A DNA stretch of 63,949 nt, filler included, from an uncultured bacterium (lineage in GTDB: Bacteria > Latescibacterota > UBA2968), in NCBI GenBank assembly GCA_964471275.1. It is 5 parts of 5 records of this genome, joined end to end, with 100 filler letters (N's around TTAATTAATTAA, not from the genome) between each part and the next. Parts side by side here need not be neighbours in the genome. Positions count along the whole stretch, not along the records: positions 38,846 to 51,600 come from CAYYGZ010000141.1; 4 more parts are not named here. One strand, written 5' to 3'. A program made the position numbers and the translations under genes. Shown one piece after another: positions 39,800-48,688 of the stretch. The first letter of the stretch is position 1. Each line of letters opens with the position of its first letter. Below the pieces are notes generated by a model, which saw only the letters and a program-made list of their open reading frames with translations, was not told the origin of the DNA and made no database searches.

Positions 39800-40837
39800 T
39801 CAGACGAACTGAACACGATTTCTGAGACCAGGGGTCATCCAGCGCCGACCGTTCGAATCCACCCAGAGGCCCTCAACTCCCGGAAGTTCGCTGATGAGCT
39901 CCATAGAGGCTGTGGATCCCATCACAAACGCGGCAGTCGCCAGCGCATCGGCTTCGATCGTGGAACGAGCGATGATCGTCGCGCTGATCGTGCCGCGAGC
40001 CGCCAGACCCGTCTTCGGGTTCAGCAAGTGAGGAACGCGTGCCCCCCCCACGATCCGAAACTTCTCGTAGCCCCCTGAAGTCGCGACGGCCTCATCTTCA
40101 ACCTCGATCGTCGCAAAGATCCGGTCGGGGTGTTCCGGGTCGCGAATCCCGATTGTCCATCGCCTGCCGGGACTCGGTCGGCCGGCTGCAAACAGATCGC
40201 CCCCGGCCTCGACCATCACATTCCGGACACCCTCCCCTCGAGCGCAATCAACGGCTCGATCGACACCATACCCCTTGGCAATGCCACCGAAATCGATCTC
40301 AGTGCCTGCCTCGAGCAGGACCTTATCACCTGCAACCCGAAAACGCCGATACCCGACCTGATCGACAACGGCCTCGACATCCTCCCGAGTGGGCAATCGG
40401 TCCTGTCCGCTCACAAAGCCCCAGTAACGCATCAGAGGCAGAATCGTCGGGTCCAGCGCACCATCTGTCAGGGCTGCTAGTTCGCATGCCTTTCGAGCGA
40501 CCTCGAGCGTTCGGATATCCAGCGATCCGCCTTGCGACCTGTTGGTCCGACCGAGATCGCTGTCATCGCGGTGAATCGTCATCAATCGGTCAACCATTTC
40601 GAGTTCGTCGAGCGCTGCCCGGATGACCGTGCTGGCCTGGTCGGGATCGACGCAGACAGCAGTGGTATTGATGTGCGTGCCCATCGCCTGCGACGAGACC
40701 CGCGTCCTCCGGGCCGCACGGAAGGAGTGATGGGGCGCATCCGTGTCAGCCAACGCAAGCGCATCGAGAACAACGAGCGAAGCAACGCTGCCAGCAGCCA
40801 GCTCCCATCCACGCTTCAACCATTCACGTCGGTACAC
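39800..40837 (-). CDS. nosX: FAD:protein FMN transferase (ApbE/NosX) with Tat-like signal
   Basis: YRREWLK signal; AMGT, DFGGIAKGY.VD, EAGGD, ATSGGYE, H..NP.TG, ADALATA. Confidence 0.9.
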   Translation of the reverse strand: MYRREWLKRGWELAAGSVASLVVLDALALADTDAPHHSFRAARRTRVSSQAMGTHINTTAVCVDPDQASTVIRAALDELEMVDRLMTIHRDDSDLGRTNRSQGGSLDIRTLEVARKACELAALTDGALDPTILPLMRYWGFVSGQDRLPTREDVEAVVDQVGYRRFRVAGDKVLLEAGTEIDFGGIAKGYGVDRAVDCARGEGVRNVMVEAGGDLFAAGRPSPGRRWTIGIRDPEHPDRIFATIEVEDEAVATSGGYEKFRIVGGARVPHLLNPKTGLAARGTISATIIARSTIEADALATAAFVMGSTASMELISELPGVEGLWVDSNGRRWMTPGLRNRVQFV

Positions 40838-40840
40838 GGG

Positions 40841-41338
40841 TTAACCCTCTTCGGTGATTAGCTTGACGCTGGCGTGAAAATCGTGCTTCAAGATATAATG
40901 ATGGTAGATCCGCTTGACCAAACCATCTCTCCCGACAAACACCACAATCGGTACATAGTTCACTTCATAGTCTTTCAGCAACTGCTTGTTCTTCCCCGCC
41001 AGCATTCGGAACGGCAGTCCGAACTGTTCCTTGTAGCGACTGATCAGCTTCTTGCCTTTCGCCCACACGTTGATCGTCACGATCGTAAGGTCAGACCCGT
41101 CGTGTGAGGCGTGGGCTCGCTTCAGGAAGGCGATGATCTGGGTACAGTAGTGACACATGTTGTGCGTGAAATACAACACGATCGGCCTGCCGAGGAGATC
41201 CTCCAGACGATGAATCTCCCCGTGCTCGTCTAGGAGCTCGAAAAGCGGCGGCTGATGCCCGACTTCGACAACTTCCGAATGCACAGACGTCCAGCTCGAC
41301 AGCGCAAGCAGCAGGACGATGATCAAACGATGAGCCAT
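40841..41338 (-). CDS. TlpA/thioredoxin-fold periplasmic redoxin
   Basis: Signal peptide, VG..P.F.L, CHYC, YEVNYVP...VGRDG. Confidence 0.8.
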   Translation of the reverse strand: MAHRLIIVLLLALSSWTSVHSEVVEVGHQPPLFELLDEHGEIHRLEDLLGRPIVLYFTHNMCHYCTQIIAFLKRAHASHDGSDLTIVTINVWAKGKKLISRYKEQFGLPFRMLAGKNKQLLKDYEVNYVPIVVFVGRDGLVKRIYHHYILKHDFHASVKLITEEG

Positions 41339-41342
41339 CCGG

Positions 41343-42410
41343 TCAGCTAGTCTCCACACGCGTTACCGTGAACTGGACGACATTTTCGTAGTTCGCCTCG
41401 TAGATCAGCGGGAATCCATCTGCTTCTGCGTATGCGAAAGCAAACGTCCGTAGGGGCTCCCCGCCCTGTGCAGGGCTCATCTGTATCGAGCGGCCTTCGG
41501 AAATCTTGAATCGGTTGGGTGTCAGATTGCCGAAGAAGAACTCACGCATCGCCGGGTTCTTGTCACCCTCTGAAACGTCGACGGGAATCCAGCCGTAATT
41601 CGGATCGTAGAAACTGGCCCAGCAGTGTGCCCCGGAGCAATCGCCGCTCAGCCGGCCGCTCACCTCGATCTTCTCTGAGGGATAGGGAAGCGGGAAGCCC
41701 TGCTCCCACCGGACGGGGATCCCGCGAGAAACCATGATCGCCATAAACAAAGCGTGATAGTCATCACACTTGCCGCGTTTGTACTTCATGACCCATTCGG
41801 TGTCGCCCATACCGCATCCGGCGATTTTCTTATCGTAGGTGAGTGCATCGATCATCGCGTTGTACACGTTTCGCCCGATGTCGATCGGTTCTGTTGCGCT
41901 GCCGACCGCTTCATCGGCAAACGCCTTCACCGTGTCGACATACCGCACTCGCCCCGCCAACTGACAATACTTTTCCGCCTCCGCCACTTCCCGCGGCACC
42001 GACACGTGTCCAATCTGACGCCGCACAACGTGATACGTCGTCTCCAGCACGAACGGTTCGAGAGATTTCGTCTCGACGTGTACCATTCGATTGCCGTAAG
42101 GCTGTTCCGTCGTGATCTCATACGGCAAGGGACAGCTGATGACCAGATCCTGAATCTCCTGCCCCTCGTCCTCAGGAGGAAGCGGCATCCAGAGGTGAAC
42201 CGTCTCCGCGTCACTCGGATAGTCAATCATCCGGGTCTGGTAGCTGACGTTAAAACCCATCACCGTTACCGTAGAGGGATCGAGCGTCGCAGCTCCTGTG
42301 GCCCGTAGCCAGTCGCCTGCAGCAATGCCCAAGCCGCCGTAACCTGCCAGCTTGAGGAATGTCCTGCGCGATAACCTGTCATTGACTCTTGCGGGCGGAC
42401 CGTAGTGCAT
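41343..42410 (-). CDS. Tat-exported transglutaminase-like protein
   Basis: SRRTFLK; triad GKCDDYH / HCWA / W.PVD. Confidence 0.85.
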   Translation of the reverse strand: MHYGPPARVNDRLSRRTFLKLAGYGGLGIAAGDWLRATGAATLDPSTVTVMGFNVSYQTRMIDYPSDAETVHLWMPLPPEDEGQEIQDLVISCPLPYEITTEQPYGNRMVHVETKSLEPFVLETTYHVVRRQIGHVSVPREVAEAEKYCQLAGRVRYVDTVKAFADEAVGSATEPIDIGRNVYNAMIDALTYDKKIAGCGMGDTEWVMKYKRGKCDDYHALFMAIMVSRGIPVRWEQGFPLPYPSEKIEVSGRLSGDCSGAHCWASFYDPNYGWIPVDVSEGDKNPAMREFFFGNLTPNRFKISEGRSIQMSPAQGGEPLRTFAFAYAEADGFPLIYEANYENVVQFTVTRVETS

Positions 42411-42942
42411 CGTGCATCTCCTCCTCTTCCCACTGATAGGTGTCAAATACTCGGGTGATCCTGCCGTTGACACCGATCACAAAGACATTTGGTGTCGGTT
42501 CTACGATCACATCATCTTCGAATGGCGTACGCTTGACTGAGATTCCGTAGGCACTCAGAACTTCGGGTGTCTTCTCCACGGGGCCTGACAAGAATAGCCA
42601 TCTCCTGTCCTTGGCGGGATCGATCTCGTGCTTCTCGAAGTGCTTGAGCAGTTCCTCCGGCGTGTCGAGCTCGGGGTTTACCGATATGTGCAGGAACCTC
42701 AGATCATCGGGATGTCCCAGGCTGTCGTCAAGCTCCTGCAACTGGTATGTAATCATCGGACAACCAAACACGCACTTTGCATATGTAAACACCAGGACCG
42801 TCCGGACACCCATGAGAGAATCAGGTGTCATCACCTTCCCGTCCCAGTTGTTCAACGCGAAGCTTGGAAGCGGCCGGGACTTGGCCCTGACAGGTGCACC
42901 GACCCCACCGATAAGCAGGGCCATTATCATCAGCAGACGCAC
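42379..42942 (-). CDS. SCO1/SenC-family copper chaperone-like protein
   Basis: FTYAKCVFGCP (CxxxC), ISVNPE.DTPE, W.FLSG. Confidence 0.85.
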   Translation of the reverse strand: MRLLMIMALLIGGVGAPVRAKSRPLPSFALNNWDGKVMTPDSLMGVRTVLVFTYAKCVFGCPMITYQLQELDDSLGHPDDLRFLHISVNPELDTPEELLKHFEKHEIDPAKDRRWLFLSGPVEKTPEVLSAYGISVKRTPFEDDVIVEPTPNVFVIGVNGRITRVFDTYQWEEEEMHDALRSARKSQ

Positions 42943-42948
42943 CTGCTG

Positions 42949-43584
42949 TTATTCCAGCTCAATCATGATATCAGTAGCAACAGAATCCTCCACCTCCACG
43001 GTCTGCCAGACCTTGACCTCGCCCCCGTGCCAGTATCTGACCTCGTGCTTGCCCGCCGGAATATTCGTCAGTTTGAACGCACCATCGCTGCCAGCGATCG
43101 CGGCGTAGGGATGGTCGAAAACGAGCAGAAAGGCTCGCTCGTTCGGGTGCGCATTGCACACAATCTCGATGTAGCCTGTGTCGTCACGATACCTGTGGTA
43201 GGGCTTGATCGGCTTCTTCACCGTTGAGCCGGAGCGAGGAAGTGCAACATTGTAAACGGTGGAGCCGAACTTCAGCGGTCGGCCTGAAACGTCGTTCTGG
43301 TGAGCAGATCGCATATACAGATGTGTATTGTGGAGCTTGTCGTCCTCGTTCTTGAGCACGAATTCGCGACCGACAAAACCGATACTAATTCCTGGTTCGA
43401 ACGCTCCGCCTGCGATATGCGTGATCGGTGTATCCTGGCTCGGTATGGCCCCATTTACACCCTCGACCCAGACGACCACGGGCCCTTCTGCTGCCTGGAT
43501 GCGCCCCTTCAGTTCGCCTGCGGACACGCTCGACAGCAGAGCCAATGCGGCCGAAATGATTGAAACTACTCTCCGAATGTTCAT
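42949..43584 (-). CDS. Secreted cupredoxin-like protein with CarboxypepD_reg-like domain
   Basis: Signal peptide; N.D..LHNTH; CNAHPNE; HPYAA....G.F.L.NIP.G.....WH. Confidence 0.65.
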   Translation of the reverse strand: MNIRRVVSIISAALALLSSVSAGELKGRIQAAEGPVVVWVEGVNGAIPSQDTPITHIAGGAFEPGISIGFVGREFVLKNEDDKLHNTHLYMRSAHQNDVSGRPLKFGSTVYNVALPRSGSTVKKPIKPYHRYRDDTGYIEIVCNAHPNERAFLLVFDHPYAAIAGSDGAFKLTNIPAGKHEVRYWHGGEVKVWQTVEVEDSVATDIMIELE

Positions 43585-43608
43585 CTTACATCCTCCTTCA
43601 ATAATGTC

Positions 43609-44451
43609 TTAGGACCGCACCAACGAATCCGCAACAACACGGCGCCGAAACACCCAGAGACCGAGCCCGGCAGGACCGGCTATCCAGGCAGCCATCACGG
43701 CCCATAGCAACGCGATCGACGGCGGTTCAGCACCGGCCGCGGCCATACCGATCGACGGCATGGCGCCATCGATCCACTGGAAGCTTAGCATCCGGAAGAC
43801 GTCAGCCGGATTGAGCAGAAGCAGCGTACGGAACAACGTACCCGACACATCCCCCTTAGAGGCGATGAGCGTGCCGATCAACAACAGGTCAAACAGAAAT
43901 ACAAAGAATATCCAGACCAGAATTGAAGTGGCCATTGCCCGTGCCGGCTCGCGTGCCAGGATTGAGAGCAGGAAAGCCGTTGCCAGGAAGGAAACCCCCA
44001 ACGCCAGTGACGTCATCACGATCGCGGCATACTCGGTCACAGGAATATCCAGCCAGAAAAGGAGAACGCCTCCCGACACAGCCAGTCCCGTGACAACGGC
44101 GGTCACGAGCGCGAGCGCAAAACCAGCGAACGTACCGACAAACAGCTCGGTCGTCGACAGCGGGTAGACCAGAAGAAGATCAAGCGTGCCTCGCTGCTTC
44201 TCATCGATCAGTGCGCCGCTTCCGAGCAGGAGGGCCAGGAGCGGGACCAGATAGTTCACGAGGTTCGTCAGACTCGTGAGTGCTGCACCAGACTGCTGCG
44301 TACCAGCCACGCCGACGGGTGCCGAACCGAAGTAAGCGATCGATACCACGCAGAAAACCAGGAGTGCACATACGGTCCACACCCAGCGATTCCGCAACCG
44401 TGCAGACAACTCGTTACGAGCGACGATCCAGATCGCGCTTGACAATTTCAA
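43609..44451 (-). CDS. nosY: NosY ABC permease
   Basis: IVARNE..RLRNRW, SL.NL..YLVPL.AL, E..GTL.LLL.YP, LLLNP.D.FR; start approximate. Confidence 0.88.
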   Translation of the reverse strand: MKLSSAIWIVARNELSARLRNRWVWTVCALLVFCVVSIAYFGSAPVGVAGTQQSGAALTSLTNLVNYLVPLLALLLGSGALIDEKQRGTLDLLLVYPLSTTELFVGTFAGFALALVTAVVTGLAVSGGVLLFWLDIPVTEYAAIVMTSLALGVSFLATAFLLSILAREPARAMATSILVWIFFVFLFDLLLIGTLIASKGDVSGTLFRTLLLLNPADVFRMLSFQWIDGAMPSIGMAAAGAEPPSIALLWAVMAAWIAGPAGLGLWVFRRRVVADSLVRS

Positions 44452-45325
44452 GGTAGGCGTGCTCCAGGTTAGGTTCTTCGATGTGTGTGTGATCGATCCT
44501 GCTGCCGAGGCGTTCCAGCCCCGCAAGGAAGGCCATCTTTCCGGCCTGCGGGATCTCCGCTACCAGTCGGCCGTTCCGCTCTGATAGGGCGACGCCGCCA
44601 AGCGACTCCACCGTCCCTCGGAGTGCGCCATTGGCCTCCGGCGCGTAGATATGCACACGTGTCGGGAGGTTGTGAAGCTGCCTGACATCCTGCACCGTCC
44701 CCAGCATCCGCATCTCACCTTGATGCAGGATACCCGCTCGGTCGACACATTCGCCCACCTCTGTCAGCCGATGCGAGGAGAGCACGACTGTTCGCGATCC
44801 ATCGCCTTTGACAAGGTCGAAGAACTTCTCGACACCCGTCGGATCCAGTCCCTCGATCGGCTCATCGAGAACCAGAATCTCGGGATCACCGAGAAGTGCC
44901 TGCGCCAGGTTCAGTCGCTGCCGCATCCCCTTGGAATACTCACCGACCCTCTTTTCTTCTGCACCACCCAACCCCACGCGATTTAGCAGATCGGCGACAA
45001 CATCCCCGTCGAGACCGCGAAGACACGCATAGTAGGTCAGCGTCTCCCGTCCTGACTTGTTCTCGTGGAAGGCGATTCGTTCAGGCATGAATCCGAGACG
45101 ATGTCGGAGTCCCGCCCACGCCTGCTTGTCGGCAACCTCCCCGTCGAGACGAACTCTTCCCGCTGTCGGCTGCGTGAGACCGAGCAGAATCCGGATCAGC
45201 GTCGTCTTTCCCGATCCGTTGTGACCAAACAACCCGACCCACTCGCCCTTCTGAACCTGAAGGTCGACGTGCTTGACAACCTCAATAGCACCGTATGACT
45301 TCGAGACATCTTCGACACGAATCAC
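44414..45325 (-). CDS. nosF: NosF ABC ATPase
   Basis: GHNGSGKTT, YSKGMRQRL.LAQAL, LDEP..GLDP, SSH. Confidence 0.9.
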   Translation of the reverse strand: MIRVEDVSKSYGAIEVVKHVDLQVQKGEWVGLFGHNGSGKTTLIRILLGLTQPTAGRVRLDGEVADKQAWAGLRHRLGFMPERIAFHENKSGRETLTYYACLRGLDGDVVADLLNRVGLGGAEEKRVGEYSKGMRQRLNLAQALLGDPEILVLDEPIEGLDPTGVEKFFDLVKGDGSRTVVLSSHRLTEVGECVDRAGILHQGEMRMLGTVQDVRQLHNLPTRVHIYAPEANGALRGTVESLGGVALSERNGRLVAEIPQAGKMAFLAGLERLGSRIDHTHIEEPNLEHAYLEIVKRDLDRRS

Positions 45326-45326
45326 G

Positions 45327-48300
45327 TCATTCTCCCGGTATATGGGGAAGTTTTGACAACTGACCGTAGTACTGCTTCGGCCGGGGCGGATACTGGTCGA
45401 GAAGTGCCAGCCACGTTGGATCTGCGAGCGTCAACTGCGGCTGCCGATCAACGGCCTTCGGAACTGTGATAACCGGAAAGTCTCTCTCCGCCAGAGCCAG
45501 CAGTTGGAACGCAGGACTGGCCAGAAGAAGGCGGGCCATGGGATAGCGCCACAGCAGCCCATCGACGAGTGTATTTGACCGGTATGGAACATCACCGATC
45601 TGATCACCGTCCGCATCCCAACCAAAATAATCGCTCCAATAGTTCCCATCCCACGCCTGGTCGCGAGCGGCTACGAATTTGGCCTGAATCTCGTTCTCGA
45701 GGAAGGCGTTGCCGACTATCACGTTTTCTTCTGCACCACCCCAGTAATGCAGGCCCAGGTTGTTCCGTGCGATGAAGTTATCTTTTATTTCGTTATACAG
45801 CGAGTTGTAGACAAACAACCCCTTGGAGTTTCCGATGATCGCGTTCCCGATCGCAAAGCCTCGCGTAACCTGAATCAGCAGCAAACCGTGCGTCTGGTTG
45901 TCATACATCACGTTGTCGCGGGCGCCGATCTTCTTTGAAAACATGAGCGCCAGTCCCACCAGGTTGGATCGGACTTCATTCTCCACAAATTCCGTGCGGT
46001 CGCACCACATGGTGTGGACGGAATAGCGTGAGTTCGAGATCGTGTTCCCGGTGACGAGCCCGTCAGCGCTCAGCTCCATGTAGATGCCGTCCCGGGCGTG
46101 CTCGATCGTGTTTCCCGTGATAACAGCACCCTTCGTATCCCAGAGATGTATCCCGTCACCCCGATCATTCCTCTGCACGTCGGGGAGTCCTGTGATCCGA
46201 TTCCCGATCAGCTTCGGCCGTTCGGCGCCGTGAACCCAGATCCCGAACAAGCACTCTTCCACAACATTGTCTGCCACAATCGCGTCCGGTGCAGTCTTCC
46301 GAATCCAGATGGCCGAGTCGGACTCCTCCGTGTCGGTTCCCGTATTCCGGATGGTTAACCCTCTGATCGTCACACCGGGGGCTCCGATCACGAGGCAGTC
46401 GCCCTCCCCGCCAACATCAATTACCGCCCCCTTCTCGCCGATCACGGTGACCGTCTTCTCGATCAGAATTCGTTCGGAATAGGTCCCCTTCGTCATCACA
46501 ATCGTGTCGCCCGGGGCACTCTCCGCGATAACCGCATCGAACTGGGGACCATCCGGTCTCACGTGTCGCACATCCGCAGCGGCCGCATCGGGCGTGCAGA
46601 GCGTCCCGATCATCAGGGCGATACCTGCGATCACCTTCGGAACCGCGTTGTTCCGCTTCGCCACGATCTGTGCGGGACACACGTCTTCATCACGGCCGGT
46701 CATCTGACAGTCCCAGCACTGTAGACATTCCCGATAGTTGATGATACCCGTGTCATAGGAGATCGCCTTGGGCTCGCATCCCTGGTAGCAAATCTTGCAG
46801 CTGCTGCACTGTTCATAGCGAATCAACCTGTGGAGCGGCTTCCAGGCGACCAGCGCCAGCGCTCCCCCCAGAGGACAGATAAAGCGACAGAAGGATCGAT
46901 ATGTGAAAGCCGAAGAACCAAGCGTCACAGCCAAGAAATAGAACACAAAGTGAGCCGGACGGTCCAGACGGAGTATAAACGTCTTGAACGGTTCGATTTC
47001 GGCAAAAACCTCTGCTACGGCCAAGTTGACGACCCCGATGCCAAGAAGTCCAAGAAATAGGATGTACTTGATCCAGGTCAGCGCACGTCCAGGATCCCAG
47101 GCGTCAATATCCCGGGCAATGCGCTTCGGGATCACCCAGTTCCGTCCGATGACCAGAAGCTCTGTCAGTGCCCCGTAGGGGCAGAGCCACCCGCAGAAAT
47201 AGCCTCGTGCCCAGAACAGGAGCGATGGGATGATCACAAGCCAGAACACAAATATAAAGGGTTCTGACAGAAAGATCTCAGAAGGAAACTTCCCCCGAAC
47301 GCCCGAATTAAAGAGCGTCAGGATCTGCGTCAGGCTTGGTTGAGCCTTCAGGAGCAGACCGATCCAGACAACCGCAAAGAACGCGATGGCTCGATGCAGC
47401 AATTTTCTGTACGGAAGGACCCGCTGGCGAAACACGAAAAGCAGCGCGACCAGAATCACATAACTCGGGAACACATATGCCCAGATGCCGGCTTCCCGCC
47501 ATCGCTGCGCCCAGAAGGGCGCATCCTCCTCGAGCAGATTGTCCGGCAGTTGGAAGGCTACAGGAAACGTGCTATAGGTCCGCTTGTCACTGACACGGTA
47601 GGGTACGGTGAGCTGAAGGCTGAACGGTGCCGCGGGATCGAAAGCCGCCGGCAGGAAGAAGATGCCGCCTTCTCTGAAAACTGGAGCGTCTTCGGGGTCG
47701 AGCTCATACTGATTGATATAGTCCATGTCCTTGAAGACATAGAGATCGCCATCCTGCTCCACCGCGATGCGATCAAAGATGCCGCCACGCGCAAATCCGG
47801 GTCCTTTGAACGAAACGGGACCATTCGCCACGATGAGGAGAGCACTTCCCCCGTCCTTCAGCCGATTCCTGATCGCACTGTAGAATCGTTCCCCCAGCAG
47901 ATTCTGACCGATCGATGGGGGATCTAGAAGCGTAAGCCGCAGATCCACCATCGGGTCGGTGCCAGTCAACCCAACGTCTTCCGGAAAGACCGTGACTGAC
48001 CCGACAGCTCCCCTGGCCGTAATCTCTGCCCACGTCAGGGGCTCGAACGACGCCAGGGGCCTACGTGTCCGGATATCCGATTGCTTGACGATCCCGGTGT
48101 GACGCCCAACCTGACGGCTTGCCTCCAGGATCGTAACGTTCTCGGCAACGGCCGTCACTGTCGCCCCGGATATCCCGTCGATAACGACGTGACCATCCCT
48201 CGGGACATTACCGATGATGATTCTGTCCCTGATGCTCTTCCCAATGTATTGACCGACAAACGCGTGTATTTCTCGCTCTGGCAGACCGATCAAGACGATC

Positions 48301-48620
48301 GGCTCCGAGTGCTCGACAATCTTCGCACCCGTAATCCTGCCCGCCAGATCGATCCCGACAAGCGTGTTCATCGTGTGTCCCGAGTAGCCGGGCACATCCA
48401 CCAGGTCGTCAGACAACAGGACGTAGCCCAGAAGGCTACGATCCCCTCCCGAGCCCAGGCCGTAGCCCTCCCAGTGCGTATCCTTCCGGACGAACTCGGT
48501 CGCCCCCTCGAGCACATCGCCCGGCTCAAACGCGTAGCGTTGGACACCAAAAAGGCCCTGCCCGAGGACGTCCGAAGACAGAGAACAGATCGCAGCTATA
48601 TAAACGAGAAATCTTGTCAC
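45327..48620 (-). CDS. NosR-NosD fusion protein
   Basis: FMN-binding domain (HSEPI.LIG, DGISGATVT, RGGIFDRI), TM region with CGWLCPYG and CRFICPLG, ferredoxin CSSCKIC...C / CLQC.DC, hydrophobic linker, then NosD beta-helix (RGDGIHLW, RDGIY, RY..H.M, GNYWSDY.G.D..GD..GD.PY); one uninterrupted frame; GTG48620 preferred as start. Confidence 0.88.
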   Translation of the reverse strand: MTRFLVYIAAICSLSSDVLGQGLFGVQRYAFEPGDVLEGATEFVRKDTHWEGYGLGSGGDRSLLGYVLLSDDLVDVPGYSGHTMNTLVGIDLAGRITGAKIVEHSEPIVLIGLPEREIHAFVGQYIGKSIRDRIIIGNVPRDGHVVIDGISGATVTAVAENVTILEASRQVGRHTGIVKQSDIRTRRPLASFEPLTWAEITARGAVGSVTVFPEDVGLTGTDPMVDLRLTLLDPPSIGQNLLGERFYSAIRNRLKDGGSALLIVANGPVSFKGPGFARGGIFDRIAVEQDGDLYVFKDMDYINQYELDPEDAPVFREGGIFFLPAAFDPAAPFSLQLTVPYRVSDKRTYSTFPVAFQLPDNLLEEDAPFWAQRWREAGIWAYVFPSYVILVALLFVFRQRVLPYRKLLHRAIAFFAVVWIGLLLKAQPSLTQILTLFNSGVRGKFPSEIFLSEPFIFVFWLVIIPSLLFWARGYFCGWLCPYGALTELLVIGRNWVIPKRIARDIDAWDPGRALTWIKYILFLGLLGIGVVNLAVAEVFAEIEPFKTFILRLDRPAHFVFYFLAVTLGSSAFTYRSFCRFICPLGGALALVAWKPLHRLIRYEQCSSCKICYQGCEPKAISYDTGIINYRECLQCWDCQMTGRDEDVCPAQIVAKRNNAVPKVIAGIALMIGTLCTPDAAAADVRHVRPDGPQFDAVIAESAPGDTIVMTKGTYSERILIEKTVTVIGEKGAVIDVGGEGDCLVIGAPGVTIRGLTIRNTGTDTEESDSAIWIRKTAPDAIVADNVVEECLFGIWVHGAERPKLIGNRITGLPDVQRNDRGDGIHLWDTKGAVITGNTIEHARDGIYMELSADGLVTGNTISNSRYSVHTMWCDRTEFVENEVRSNLVGLALMFSKKIGARDNVMYDNQTHGLLLIQVTRGFAIGNAIIGNSKGLFVYNSLYNEIKDNFIARNNLGLHYWGGAEENVIVGNAFLENEIQAKFVAARDQAWDGNYWSDYFGWDADGDQIGDVPYRSNTLVDGLLWRYPMARLLLASPAFQLLALAERDFPVITVPKAVDRQPQLTLADPTWLALLDQYPPRPKQYYGQLSKLPHIPGE

Positions 48621-48640
48621 GGTTCCATTCAATAATGCAA

Positions 48641-48673
48641 CCCGGCGGTTCGAGGAGGACTCGAACCGCCGGG
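48641..48673 (-). terminator. Perfect 14-bp hairpin between nosZ and nosR-D
   Basis: CCCGGCGGTTCGAG-gagga-CTCGAACCGCCGGG; only a weak U tail on the minus strand. Confidence 0.7.
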
Positions 48674-48688
48674 CCACAGAGGTGATGA

